Shown here: positions 40,169 through 50,109 of the stretch, in pieces
Layout: each line of letters opens with the position of its first letter
How positions within the stretch are numbered: the first letter of the stretch is position 1
Assembly: GCA_043825875.1 (NCBI GenBank)
Contig: JBDRRF010000083.1
Span: 74,032-138,031, forward strand
Length of the DNA stretch: 64,000 nucleotides
Direction of reading: 5' to 3'
Source: Pseudomonadota bacterium
GTDB lineage: Bacteria; Desulfobacterota; Desulfobacteria; Desulfobacterales; RPRI01
Program-made: the position numbers and the translations under genes
Notes under the pieces: generated by a model
What the model was told of the DNA's origin: nothing
Database searches by the model: none
What the model saw: only the letters and a program-made list of their open reading frames with translations

Positions 40169-41320
40169 ATGAGTGAATATCAATACTACGAATTTTTAGC
40201 AATAGACCGACCGTTGACATCGGAAGAAATATCAGAGCTGCGCGCGCTTTCTACCCGTGCCCATATCACACCTGTCAGTTTTACTAACGAATATAATTGG
40301 GGTAGTTTCAGTGGTGATCCTGATAAATTGATGCAACTGTATTTTGATGCCCATGTCTATGTTGCCAACTGGATGAGTGCGATTTTCAAAGTGCGTGTAC
40401 CTATCGAGGCATTATCGGAAACTACAATAAAAGCAATGTCGGATTTTTATATCCCGGATTTTACGGCTACCAAAAACCATTGGATCATTACATGGGGTCT
40501 GGAGGAATCTGAAAACTACGAACGTTTTGGGATGGATGACGGCAGGGAGTGGATGGTGCGCCTTGCTCCGATACGCGATGAGCTTCTGCGCGGAGATATT
40601 CGCAGTCTTTATATCGGCTGGCTGTCAGCCGTAACGGAAGAAATGGCAGAAGATGATGATTTAGAGCCCATGTCCATAAAAGGTCTGGGGGAATTGACCA
40701 CAGCTCAAAAAGCGCTTGCTGAGTTCCTGGAAGTAGATAAGGATCTTTTGGCTGGTGCGGGCATCGGCAGCCCGGCAATTCAGTCCGGAGAGACTTCGCA
40801 AAATGATATTGATGAATGGATTAGCAGGTTACCGCAGGATGAAGTTACGGATATCCTGAGACAGCTTATGGCCGGCAAAGGACAGCAGGCTGAAAGAACG
40901 TTAAGGAACCGGTTTACTGCATGGCAGTGTCGCTTAAAAAATGGCGAACCGGAAACACCAAGGCGTACGATAGAAGAACTCTGGGAAAATGCCGAATCAG
41001 CGAAAAAGCTACGCCTCGAACAGGATGAACTCGAACAGAAACAGCGTGAGATGAAGCGCCGCAAAGAAAGAGAAGCGCATCTAAAAATCCTGTCCGGAAA
41101 TTTCCCCAAAGCATGGAAAACTGTCCGGCAAAATATTGAGAGGGGATCGGGCTTGGCCTATGACGATGCATGCCGCGCTCTTGTTGACCTTTCTGAGGCT
41201 TATTCTCTTTATTCAAGCAGAAAGCTTTTCCAACAAGAGTTAGAACAATTTATGACTGAATATATGCGGCGTAAGGCACTCATTCAACGCATGGTTAAAG
41301 CCGGGATCTGGGGTAAGTAA
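40169..41320 (+). CDS. conserved hypothetical protein
   Basis: MSEYQYYEFLAIDRPL start; long ORF with coiled-coil C-terminus. Confidence 0.75.
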   Translation: MSEYQYYEFLAIDRPLTSEEISELRALSTRAHITPVSFTNEYNWGSFSGDPDKLMQLYFDAHVYVANWMSAIFKVRVPIEALSETTIKAMSDFYIPDFTATKNHWIITWGLEESENYERFGMDDGREWMVRLAPIRDELLRGDIRSLYIGWLSAVTEEMAEDDDLEPMSIKGLGELTTAQKALAEFLEVDKDLLAGAGIGSPAIQSGETSQNDIDEWISRLPQDEVTDILRQLMAGKGQQAERTLRNRFTAWQCRLKNGEPETPRRTIEELWENAESAKKLRLEQDELEQKQREMKRRKEREAHLKILSGNFPKAWKTVRQNIERGSGLAYDDACRALVDLSEAYSLYSSRKLFQQELEQFMTEYMRRKALIQRMVKAGIWGK

Positions 41321-41327
41321 GCTGGTG

Positions 41328-41591
41328 ATGAAAAAGCACTACAATATTAAAAACCTGAGATTCGAAGATAAGAAGCTCCTCCTAACGATTAATGGAGAAG
41401 AAAAAAACTTTCCTTTACATGAAATTTCATCCTTACTTGAGAAAGCCTCTGATGAAGAGAGAAATACATTTGAAATATCACCCTCCGGATATGGAATACA
41501 CTGGCCATTGCTGGATGAAGATATTTCTGTTGATGGATTGCTGGGAATAACTCATTCTCCCTCTCGAAAAAGACGGGTCGCAGCTAGTTGA
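41328..41591 (+). CDS. DUF2442 family protein
   Basis: GYGIHWPLLDEDISVDGLL. Confidence 0.85.
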   Translation: MKKHYNIKNLRFEDKKLLLTINGEEKNFPLHEISSLLEKASDEERNTFEISPSGYGIHWPLLDEDISVDGLLGITHSPSRKRRVAAS

Positions 41592-41667
41592 TCTGAGCAA
41601 AGCAAGCCCTTCCTTGATTACCCCACTATTTACTTACCTTGATTTACCAGCTCTAAACAATTTGATA

Positions 41668-41718
41668 TTGACATATAGTCGTATTTTCGTTAACCTCCAC
41701 ATCAATAACAGTTAACGA
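41668..41718 (+). promoter_or_regulatory. sigma70 promoter overlapped by BirA (bioO) operator
   Basis: TTGACA-N17-TAACCT; TCGTTAAC-N16-GTTAACGA inverted repeat at 41687-41718. Confidence 0.8.
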
Positions 41719-41731
41719 CAAGCCATGAAAA

Positions 41732-42649
41732 ATGAAAAGTCAGATATTAAAAATTTTGCGATCGGACAATAAAATCGTGTCCGGTGAAGAATTGAGTGCA
41801 GATCTTGGGATATCAAGGGTTTCTGTATGGAAACATATTCGCTCTCTTCAGGAATCAGGCTATAACATTGTTGCAGGCCCAAAAGGTTACAGGATTGAAA
41901 ATTCGCCCGACGCTCTTTTCCCCTGGGAGTTTCCGGAAAGAGAATCAAGCATCCACTATTTTTCCGAAGTATCTTCAACAATGGATATAGCAAGAAATAT
42001 GGCTCGTAAAGGTTGTCCGCACTTTACGGTAGTAATTGCTGGAAGACAAAATAAAGGACGGGGACGCTTAAACCGCATATGGATATCTTCAGAAGGCGGT
42101 CTGTATTTCACATTAGTTCTCAGACCCGAAATACCCGCAGTACTTGCTTCACGCATAACCTTTCTTGCATCTGTGGTGCTGGTTCAGATATTACGCAAAT
42201 TATATGACATAGACGCCAAAGTCAAATGGCCAAATGACATTCTTGTTGGAGGCAAAAAGCTTTGCGGGATGCTTTCAGAAATGGAAGCAGAAGCCGACAT
42301 GGTTTCTTTTATCAACATTGGTATTGGTGTTAATGTAAACAATGATCCTTCACTTGAAGAATCGGGGGCCACTTCACTAAAAATTTTAAAAGGAAAAGAA
42401 TTTTTACGAAAAGAACTTCTTTCTGTTTTTCTTGATAAACTTGAAATGCAACTCAATACAGAATCTCTTGATAATATTATCCCTCAATGGAAACTTTATA
42501 CCATGACTTTAAACCAGCCGGTTAAAATTGTAACAACCAGTGATACCCACGAAGGCATTGCTGTAGATATTGACGAAAACGGATCTTTAATTTTAAAACT
42601 TAAAGACGGCACTTTGCAAAAGATACTATGTGGTGACTGCTTTCAATAA
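41732..42649 (+). CDS. birA: bifunctional biotin ligase/repressor
   Basis: HTH SGEELS..LGISRVSVWKHI; GRGR; KWPND; KKLCGML. Confidence 0.95.
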   Translation: MKSQILKILRSDNKIVSGEELSADLGISRVSVWKHIRSLQESGYNIVAGPKGYRIENSPDALFPWEFPERESSIHYFSEVSSTMDIARNMARKGCPHFTVVIAGRQNKGRGRLNRIWISSEGGLYFTLVLRPEIPAVLASRITFLASVVLVQILRKLYDIDAKVKWPNDILVGGKKLCGMLSEMEAEADMVSFINIGIGVNVNNDPSLEESGATSLKILKGKEFLRKELLSVFLDKLEMQLNTESLDNIIPQWKLYTMTLNQPVKIVTTSDTHEGIAVDIDENGSLILKLKDGTLQKILCGDCFQ

Positions 42650-42650
42650 T

Positions 42651-42773
42651 TTAGGCTTTCAGATAAAATTTTTGGACTGCGTTATCAGTCGCCCCCCTTC
42701 GACAGCGTACAATGTACGCCTTACTCAGGGCGACTCCTTCTGGCCTTGCCAAAAACATTATCTGAAAGCCTAA
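42651..42773. repeat. long hairpin repeat B
   Basis: Perfect 16-bp IR TTAGGCTTTCAGATAA/TTATCTGAAAGCCTAA; inner AGTCGCCC/GGGCGACT; apex GCGTACAATGTACGC. Confidence 0.8.
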
Positions 42774-42816
42774 AGAAATTAGGTAAAATAATTGGTTTTG
42801 CAAAAAATCCAGAAAT

Positions 42817-42977
42817 CGTCATACCGGCGAACAGACTGTGTCGTAATTCATTTTTTTGTCATTTCGAAACGAAGCGAGAAATCTTGGTTTAAATAAATTC
42901 AGTACGTTAAGATTCCTCACATACGTTCGGAATGACATTTTTTCTAATTGTGACACAGTCTCGAAAGCCGGTATCCA
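42817..42977. mobile_element. MITE-like element nested in a REP-like hairpin
   Basis: CGTCATACCGG-CGAA-[cAGACTGTGTCGTAATT...AATTGTGACACAGTCT]-CGAA-AGCCGGTATCCA. Confidence 0.65.
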
Positions 42978-43012
42978 TATAAAATATAAATACTTGTTTA
43001 AGGTAATTTAAA

Positions 43013-44374
43013 ATGAATAATATGGTGTTGGACAAAAAAGAACTACTCGATAATGATAAAAACCACCTTTGGCATCCTTTCACCCAGATGAAGGAATGGG
43101 ATCAAAGCGAACCTCTTGTAATAGACAAAGGTCAGGGAAATTATTTAATAGATATTGATGGAAATCGTTATTTAGACGGTGTATCTTCCCTTTGGGCAAA
43201 TATTCACGGGCATGGGCGAGAAGAAATCAATCAGGCCATAACTGATCAGCTTAAAAAGATATCTCACTCAACGCTTCTTGGCCTTACGCATCCCAATGCA
43301 GTTATTCTGGCAAAACAGCTTTCAGAGATAGCGCCCAAAAATCTTAATTGGGTATTTTATTCGGAAAGCGGCTCAACCGCTGTAGAAATTGCTATAAAAA
43401 TGGCTTTTCAATACTGGCAAAATTCCGGAAAGAAAGAGAAAACCGGATTTATATGCCTTGAAGAAGGATATCATGGCGATACGATAGGTGCCGTCAGTGT
43501 TGGAGGAATCGAACTTTTTCATGAAATTTACTCCCCGCTTCTTTTTAAATCCCATAAAGCGCCATCGCCTTATCTATACTGTAAGAGAAATAAAATCCCG
43601 CTTGATGAGGGTGCCGGGTTGTGTGCGGATGAAGTAAAAAAACTGCTTGAAAAACATCATAATGAAATTGCAGCAGTTATACTGGAGCCGCTTATGCAGG
43701 GCGCAGGCGGCATGCTGCCTTTTCCAGCCGGATATCTTAAGAAGGTATGGGAATACTGCCGTCAGTACGATGTACTTCTGATTGCAGATGAGGTTGCTGT
43801 CGGTTTTGGACATACAGGCACAATGTTTGCCTGTGAAAAGGAAAATGTTGAACCTGATATTCTTTGTCTTGGAAAAGGACTGACCGGAGGATATCTTCCT
43901 CTGGCGGCAACATTAGCCAATGATAAAGTATTTAATGCTTTTTGGAGTGATTATGCCGAGTTGAAAAACTTTTTCCACGGGCATACTTTTACCGGCAATC
44001 CTCTGGCCTGTGCCGCTGCCATAGCAAGTCTTGAAATCTTTAAAAAGGACCAAACACTTGAAAAACTGCCTGCTAAAATAAAAACATTAAAAGACGGATT
44101 GGAATCGCTTTTAAAACTTGATTTTGTTGGAGATGTCAGACAGTGCGGTCTTATGGCGGGAGTTGAGATTTTTAAAGATAAAAGCAAACAAACCCCTTTC
44201 CCCTTAGACAGAAGAATCGGACATAATATATGTTTAGATATCAGAAACCATGGAGTTATCTTAAGAAATCTTGGCGATGTAATCGTTTTTATGCCTCCAT
44301 TGTCTATAACTTTCGATGAGATTATGCATATGATCGAATCGGTTAAAAAATCCATTCTCAAAATCTGCAAATGA
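43013..44374 (+). CDS. bioA: adenosylmethionine-8-amino-7-oxononanoate aminotransferase
   Basis: LWHPFTQM, SGSTAVE, YHGDT, DEVAVGFG, GKGLTGG. Confidence 0.95.
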   Translation: MNNMVLDKKELLDNDKNHLWHPFTQMKEWDQSEPLVIDKGQGNYLIDIDGNRYLDGVSSLWANIHGHGREEINQAITDQLKKISHSTLLGLTHPNAVILAKQLSEIAPKNLNWVFYSESGSTAVEIAIKMAFQYWQNSGKKEKTGFICLEEGYHGDTIGAVSVGGIELFHEIYSPLLFKSHKAPSPYLYCKRNKIPLDEGAGLCADEVKKLLEKHHNEIAAVILEPLMQGAGGMLPFPAGYLKKVWEYCRQYDVLLIADEVAVGFGHTGTMFACEKENVEPDILCLGKGLTGGYLPLAATLANDKVFNAFWSDYAELKNFFHGHTFTGNPLACAAAIASLEIFKKDQTLEKLPAKIKTLKDGLESLLKLDFVGDVRQCGLMAGVEIFKDKSKQTPFPLDRRIGHNICLDIRNHGVILRNLGDVIVFMPPLSITFDEIMHMIESVKKSILKICK

Positions 44375-45570
44375 ATTCTTTGAATAAAAATATTTATCCC
44401 GATTTATGGTCAGGTTTTATGTCGGAATCATTAGATGATCTTAAAGCAAAAGGCCTTTACAGAAAACTTCGTTTCATTGATTCCCCTGTTTCAACACAAC
44501 TTACCATTAACAACAAAAGCATTATACTGTTTTCTTCAAATGACTACTTGGGGCTTGCAAATGATTTGCGCATGAAAGAAGCGGCAACCAGGGCTTTAAT
44601 GGCCTGGGGTACCGGCTCCGGAGCATCGCGGCTTATTTCAGGAAACTCTTTACTATACAAAACCCTTGAAGAAGAAATTGCCGGCTTTAACAAAAGCGAA
44701 TCAGCCCTTGTTTTTTCAAGCGGATACAGCACCAATGCAGGAGTGATTTCAAGTCTTGCACAAGAAGGCGATTTAATATTAAGCGATACATTGAACCATG
44801 CAAGTATTATCGATGCATGCAAACTTACAAAAGCCAAGATCGAAACATATCCTCACTGTGATTTTGAATATGTTAAACATTATCTGAATACTTCTGTTAA
44901 GGGTAAAAAAGCAATTGTTGTAACAGATGGCGTATTCAGCATGACGGGAGAACTTGCCCCGATCCCAAAGCTTTATGAAATATGCAAAGATTACGAAGCA
45001 CTTCTTATAATAGATGATGCGCATGGAACAGGTGTAATGGGAACTCACGGCGGAGGAACTCTTGATTATTATAATATGAATGAGCCGGAAATAATACAGA
45101 TCGGCACTTTCAGCAAGGCTTTGGGAGGCCTTGGAGGTTTTGTGGCAGGCTCGGATTTGCTTGTAGATTTTATTACTAATCACGCACGATCAATTATTTA
45201 TTCAACCGCCCTGCCCCCTTCGGTTCTTGCGTCAAATTGCGAAGCAATCAGAATCGTTCAAAAAGACTCATCTTTAAGAATAAAACTTTTTGATCTTATA
45301 AATTATTTAAGAGATGGCCTTATGCGTCTGGGATTTCCGGTTTATTCAATCCCTACACCTATTTTACCAATAGTAATCGGAGATGTTTCGAAAACACTTT
45401 TAATAGCACAATATCTCTGGGATAAAGGATTTTATGTTCCGCCTATAAGACCGCCCACAGTAATGCCGGGAGAAAGCTGTCTGAGAATAAGTCTTAGCGC
45501 TTTACATACAAAAGAAGATATTGAAGGTCTGTTATGGGCTATTGAGACATATTATAAAGCAGGAAGTTGA
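44371..45570 (+). CDS. bioF: 8-amino-7-oxononanoate synthase
   Basis: SNDYLGL, NHASIID, DDAHG, TFSKALG, IRPPTV. Confidence 0.95.
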   Translation: MNSLNKNIYPDLWSGFMSESLDDLKAKGLYRKLRFIDSPVSTQLTINNKSIILFSSNDYLGLANDLRMKEAATRALMAWGTGSGASRLISGNSLLYKTLEEEIAGFNKSESALVFSSGYSTNAGVISSLAQEGDLILSDTLNHASIIDACKLTKAKIETYPHCDFEYVKHYLNTSVKGKKAIVVTDGVFSMTGELAPIPKLYEICKDYEALLIIDDAHGTGVMGTHGGGTLDYYNMNEPEIIQIGTFSKALGGLGGFVAGSDLLVDFITNHARSIIYSTALPPSVLASNCEAIRIVQKDSSLRIKLFDLINYLRDGLMRLGFPVYSIPTPILPIVIGDVSKTLLIAQYLWDKGFYVPPIRPPTVMPGESCLRISLSALHTKEDIEGLLWAIETYYKAGS

Positions 45571-45574
45571 TCGT

Positions 45575-46297
45575 ATGAAACAACATATAAAAGGAATTTT
45601 TATAACAGCTACAGATACCGAAGTTGGAAAAACTTTTACTTCGGCTCTTTTGTTAAAAGCTTTGCTTAAACAAAAAACTAATGCCTGTTATTTTAAGCCT
45701 GTTGCAAGCGGATGTGAAACTGAAAATGGCATTTTGGTTGCAGAAGATCTCTTGTTTATAGAAAAATTCACCGGAGTTAAAATGGAGCAGGATCTTCATT
45801 GCCCGGTTCGCTATAAAAAACCTTTAGCACCTATGGCTGCCGCACAACTTGAGAAAAAACCTGTAAATCTTTCAAAAATCAAAAAAGCTTTTGCCCTTTT
45901 AGAAAAACAGCATTCCGCAATGGTAGTAGAAGGTATTGGCGGTGTGATGGTTCCTTTAAAAAATAATTATCTGGTTCTGGACCTGATTGCAGAATTTAAG
46001 CTTTCTGCTATTATTGTAAGCAGGCCATCACTTGGAACCATCAATCATACATTGCTTACAATCAGTGCTTTGAAAAACAGAGGCATTCCTATAACAGGAT
46101 TTCTGACTAACGGCCATAAAGAAGAAGATGATGAGGCAGCTGCCACCAGCCCCGAAATTATATCCGGATTGGGCAAGGTAGATTATCTCGGGCATATTCC
46201 CATGTATGATTTTAATAAAGATACTCCGGATGCTTTTATAGAGAAAAAGGCCCGGTTTATAAAAAAGATTGCAAATTTTTATGGAGATAAATTATGA
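45575..46297 (+). CDS. bioD: dethiobiotin synthase
   Basis: TATDTEVGKT, FKPV, EGIGG, LGTINHT; start at ATG 45575. Confidence 0.95.
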   Translation: MKQHIKGIFITATDTEVGKTFTSALLLKALLKQKTNACYFKPVASGCETENGILVAEDLLFIEKFTGVKMEQDLHCPVRYKKPLAPMAAAQLEKKPVNLSKIKKAFALLEKQHSAMVVEGIGGVMVPLKNNYLVLDLIAEFKLSAIIVSRPSLGTINHTLLTISALKNRGIPITGFLTNGHKEEDDEAAATSPEIISGLGKVDYLGHIPMYDFNKDTPDAFIEKKARFIKKIANFYGDKL

Positions 46298-47289
46298 ATT
46301 CACTATACCCTGACTTTAATGAATTTTCCGAAATATCGCTTTCAGGCAAAATACTTAACCGCGAACAATGCCACAAGGTATTAGCCTGCCCTGATATTAA
46401 AATGCTGGCTCTTCTTGATTCGGCTTATACAGTACGTTATCATTATTTTAAAAACATTGTCCACATTCAGTTGCTAACAAATGCAAAAAGCGGATTGTGC
46501 AAAGAAGATTGCCATTACTGCTCCCAATCAAAAATATCAGAAGCCGATATTAAAAAATATCCTTTGATGCCTAAAGACAAACTGGTTGGTGAAGCTTTAA
46601 AAGCAGCAAAATTAAATGCCAAACGTTACTGTATGGCACTTAGCGGAACAGGGCCATCCGATAATGAAATTGATGCTCTTTGCGATATTATTCGTACCAT
46701 AAAAACCAATTCGAATATCTCCCTTTGCTGCTCTACTGGTTTTTTAAGTATGGAAAAAGCTAAAAAGTTAAAAGATGCCGGGCTTGACCGTGTTAATCAT
46801 AATCTTAACACAAGTAAACGCTTCCACCCAATGATGTGTACAACTCATTCATACGAGGATAGACTTAATACAATATACACATGCCGCAAAGCCGGACTGG
46901 AAGTGTGTTCCGGCGGTATTGTCGGACAGGGAGAAACAGATGAAGATATCATTGATCTGCTTTTAACTTTACGCGAAATAAACGCCGAATCCATTCCCAT
47001 TAATTTCCTTGTTCCCATAAAAGGAACTCCTTTTGAAGACAAAACACAAAACCTTACACCGCAACGCTGCCTTAAAATATTATGTCTTGCCAGATTACTT
47101 AATCCTGATAAAGAAATACGTGCTGCAGGCGGACGTGAATATCATCTTCGCAGTTTACTGCCACTTGCTTTATATGCAGCTAATTCAATTTTTGTTGCAG
47201 GATATCTTACAACCTCTGGGCAAACTGCAGAAGAAGCAAAAGATATGATAGACGATTTGGGTTTTGACAGTGAAATAGAAGAAGGGTAA
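46294..47289 (+). CDS. bioB: biotin synthase
   Basis: CKEDCHYCSQS, NHNLNT, CSGGIVG, PINFL, YLTT. Confidence 0.95.
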   Translation: MNSLYPDFNEFSEISLSGKILNREQCHKVLACPDIKMLALLDSAYTVRYHYFKNIVHIQLLTNAKSGLCKEDCHYCSQSKISEADIKKYPLMPKDKLVGEALKAAKLNAKRYCMALSGTGPSDNEIDALCDIIRTIKTNSNISLCCSTGFLSMEKAKKLKDAGLDRVNHNLNTSKRFHPMMCTTHSYEDRLNTIYTCRKAGLEVCSGGIVGQGETDEDIIDLLLTLREINAESIPINFLVPIKGTPFEDKTQNLTPQRCLKILCLARLLNPDKEIRAAGGREYHLRSLLPLALYAANSIFVAGYLTTSGQTAEEAKDMIDDLGFDSEIEEG

Positions 47290-47296
47290 AATAAAA

Positions 47297-49234
47297 TTGA
47301 CAACTTCTAATGAAAGTACCGATAAAACACCCCTGATTAAACAAAAAAACAACTGCACCAAAACTGATAATAAAACTCGCTTGCTGAGGTTGTCACTTGC
47401 TGCATTGGGAGTGGTTTTTGGTGATATTGCAACAAGTCCTATATATGCTCTTCGGGAGTGTTTTCATGGCGAATATGGAATTGGCGTCAATCAAACCAAT
47501 GTGATGGGAATACTATCTTTAATGTTTTGGGCTCTTGTATTGATTGTCGGTTTGAAATATTTGCTATTCGTTTTTCGTGCTGACAACCGTGGGGAAGGCG
47601 GTGTTATTGCTTTAACCGCACTGATTCGCGGAAAAAATCCTCGTTCTGAAAGCAGGAGAAGACTTGGAATTGTTACTCTGGGTTTATTTGCTGCTTGTCT
47701 TTTATACGGTGATGGTATGATTACACCTGCTATTTCCGTTTTAAGCGCTGTGGAAGGAATAAAAATAATTACCCCGGTATTTGATTCTTATGTAATTCCT
47801 ATTACTATTATAATTCTTTCGGCTCTTTTTTTGATCCAGCGCCGCGGCACGGCACGGGTAGGCGGACTTTTCGGGCCTGTAATACTGATCTGGTTATGCT
47901 TTCTGGCCATTACAGGTGTGCTGCAAATTATACACAATCCGCAGATTTTATCGGCAATTTTTCCTTGGTATGCCTTCCGGTTTTTCATTATAAACAAGAT
48001 GCATGGATTTGTGGTTTTGGGAGCGGTTTTTTTGGTGGTAACAGGAACCGAAGCCTTGTATGCAGATATGGGACATTTTGGCACCAAACCCATACGACTG
48101 ACCTGGTTTAGCCTGGTTTTTCCTGCTCTGGTATTGAATTATTTCGGACAAGGTGCTCTGCTTATTGCTAACCCTGAAGTTGCAAATCACCCGTTTTATG
48201 CCATGGTTCCATCATGGGCTATGATTCCTACGGTTTTGCTGTCAACCCTTGCCACAATAATTGCTTCCCAGGCTGTTATCAGCGGTGCCTTTTCTCTCAC
48301 CCGTCAGGCAATTCAGCTAGGATACCTGCCGCGTTTAAATATTCAGCATACCTCCCCTACTCAAATCGGCCAAATATATGTTGCTTCGGTCAATTGGATG
48401 CTTATGGTATGTACAATAGCTCTGGTTATCGGGTTTCAATCCTCCAGCAAACTTGCAGCCGCATATGGGGTGGCGGTTACATCCACTATGCTGATCACAA
48501 CAATACTGTTTTTTATTGTAACCATCAAACAATGGAATTGGCCTGTTTGGTCGTCTGCATTACTGGCCGGTCTATTTTTTATGGTGGATATACCGTTTTT
48601 TGCCGCAAACATAAGTAAAATACTTCATGGCGCATGGTTTCCACTTGTAATTGGTTTATTATTTTTTACCATGATGCTCACATGGGCAAAAGGACGAAAG
48701 CTCCTTGCAGAACAATTGCGTAAAATCATGCCGCCGGTTCATCAATACATTGTAGATCTATCAAGCCACCCACCAAAGAAAATAGAAGGAGACGCGGTCT
48801 TTTTAACCGGAAGCCGGCATATCGTACCCTTGGCTTTGATAAAAAACGTAAAGCACAATAAGATTGTGCACAGCAGGACAGTTTTGCTGCATTTTCGGGC
48901 GGAAGATATTCCTAAAGTCCCTAATCTTGAAAAGGTCAAGACCGAAAAACTGGGAGGAGGATTTTATCGCATCGAAGCCAGATACGGATTCATGGAAGAT
49001 CCTCAGTTAAATACGGTACTGTCATTGGCATGTGGACAGGGGCTGGATCTTACTCCTGAAAAAACAAGTTTTTATATCGGTCGTGAAAATCTGATCATCA
49101 GTGAAAAACCAGGTATGGCAAAATGGCGGGCAGGTTTGTTTGTTTTTATGTCGCGCAATGCTGCCAATGTCAGCACTTTTTTCAGTCTTCCTGTTGATCA
49201 GGTAATTGAAATTGGTATACGTCTGGAAATCTGA
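47297..49234 (+). CDS. kup: KUP/HAK/KT potassium transporter
   Basis: GVVFGDIATSPIY, ADNRGEGG, EALYADMGHFG, YGFME. Confidence 0.95.
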   Translation: MTTSNESTDKTPLIKQKNNCTKTDNKTRLLRLSLAALGVVFGDIATSPIYALRECFHGEYGIGVNQTNVMGILSLMFWALVLIVGLKYLLFVFRADNRGEGGVIALTALIRGKNPRSESRRRLGIVTLGLFAACLLYGDGMITPAISVLSAVEGIKIITPVFDSYVIPITIIILSALFLIQRRGTARVGGLFGPVILIWLCFLAITGVLQIIHNPQILSAIFPWYAFRFFIINKMHGFVVLGAVFLVVTGTEALYADMGHFGTKPIRLTWFSLVFPALVLNYFGQGALLIANPEVANHPFYAMVPSWAMIPTVLLSTLATIIASQAVISGAFSLTRQAIQLGYLPRLNIQHTSPTQIGQIYVASVNWMLMVCTIALVIGFQSSSKLAAAYGVAVTSTMLITTILFFIVTIKQWNWPVWSSALLAGLFFMVDIPFFAANISKILHGAWFPLVIGLLFFTMMLTWAKGRKLLAEQLRKIMPPVHQYIVDLSSHPPKKIEGDAVFLTGSRHIVPLALIKNVKHNKIVHSRTVLLHFRAEDIPKVPNLEKVKTEKLGGGFYRIEARYGFMEDPQLNTVLSLACGQGLDLTPEKTSFYIGRENLIISEKPGMAKWRAGLFVFMSRNAANVSTFFSLPVDQVIEIGIRLEI

Positions 49235-49239
49235 AATAT

Positions 49240-50094
49240 CTATTGAAATCTTTTTTTATAATCATTAAAAAACTCATCGAAGCTATAAGCTGATCTGTTA
49301 AGCACGGATTCAACATCCTGGTTTATTGCCTCAAAACCTCCTTTGCCAAACCACGCCATGATTTCCGACAGTTTATCGGCTCTCCATTCGGAAACTCCGG
49401 CTTTTAACATTGACGATTTTGCCTGTTCTTTACTGATCGGATAGTAGGTAATATCTTTTCCTATGGCCGATCCGATTTTTTTTGCAATATCATAATAACT
49501 CAGTGTTTCAGGGCCTGTCAGATTATAGATTTTATTGTTGTGCCCATTTTCTGTCAGTGCTTTTACTGCAACTGCTGCTACATCTCTTATATCAATTAAA
49601 CTAAGCTTTGAATCTGACAATGGTGAATATATAGAGCTTTGATTTTTAATTGTCGGAATTGATGCAAAAATATTTTGATAAAATGAATTGGATCTTAATA
49701 ATGTATATACTAATCCTGATTGCATTAACATATCATCGGTTTTTGCATGAACCCTTATTATTTCAGAACCTGCATCCAGACTAACTCCCATTCCCGATAA
49801 TTTTACAATATGTAAAACACCTGCTTTTTTGGAAGCAGTAATGATATTATTTATCCATACTTCATTGTCAGGATGAGCCGGCATGGCAACATAAATATTT
49901 TCCACATCCTTAAAGGCCAAAACCAGTGAGCTGATATCTGCAAAATTACCTTCTACCCAGTTGATTCCTGCTATGGTTTTAAATTTACTTTTGTCTCTGG
50001 ATATTGCCTTAAATTGCACACCCTTTTCCAAAAGCTGTTTTACTATTTCGCTGCCGGTATTGCCGGTTGCACCTGTAACTAAAATTTTATTCAC
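49240..50094 (-). CDS. NmrA-like / atypical SDR NAD(P)H-binding protein
   Basis: ILVTGATGNTGS, IDIRDVA, LTGPE. Confidence 0.88.
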   Translation of the reverse strand: MNKILVTGATGNTGSEIVKQLLEKGVQFKAISRDKSKFKTIAGINWVEGNFADISSLVLAFKDVENIYVAMPAHPDNEVWINNIITASKKAGVLHIVKLSGMGVSLDAGSEIIRVHAKTDDMLMQSGLVYTLLRSNSFYQNIFASIPTIKNQSSIYSPLSDSKLSLIDIRDVAAVAVKALTENGHNNKIYNLTGPETLSYYDIAKKIGSAIGKDITYYPISKEQAKSSMLKAGVSEWRADKLSEIMAWFGKGGFEAINQDVESVLNRSAYSFDEFFNDYKKRFQ

Positions 50095-50109
50095 AACGTA
50101 TCCTATTGT

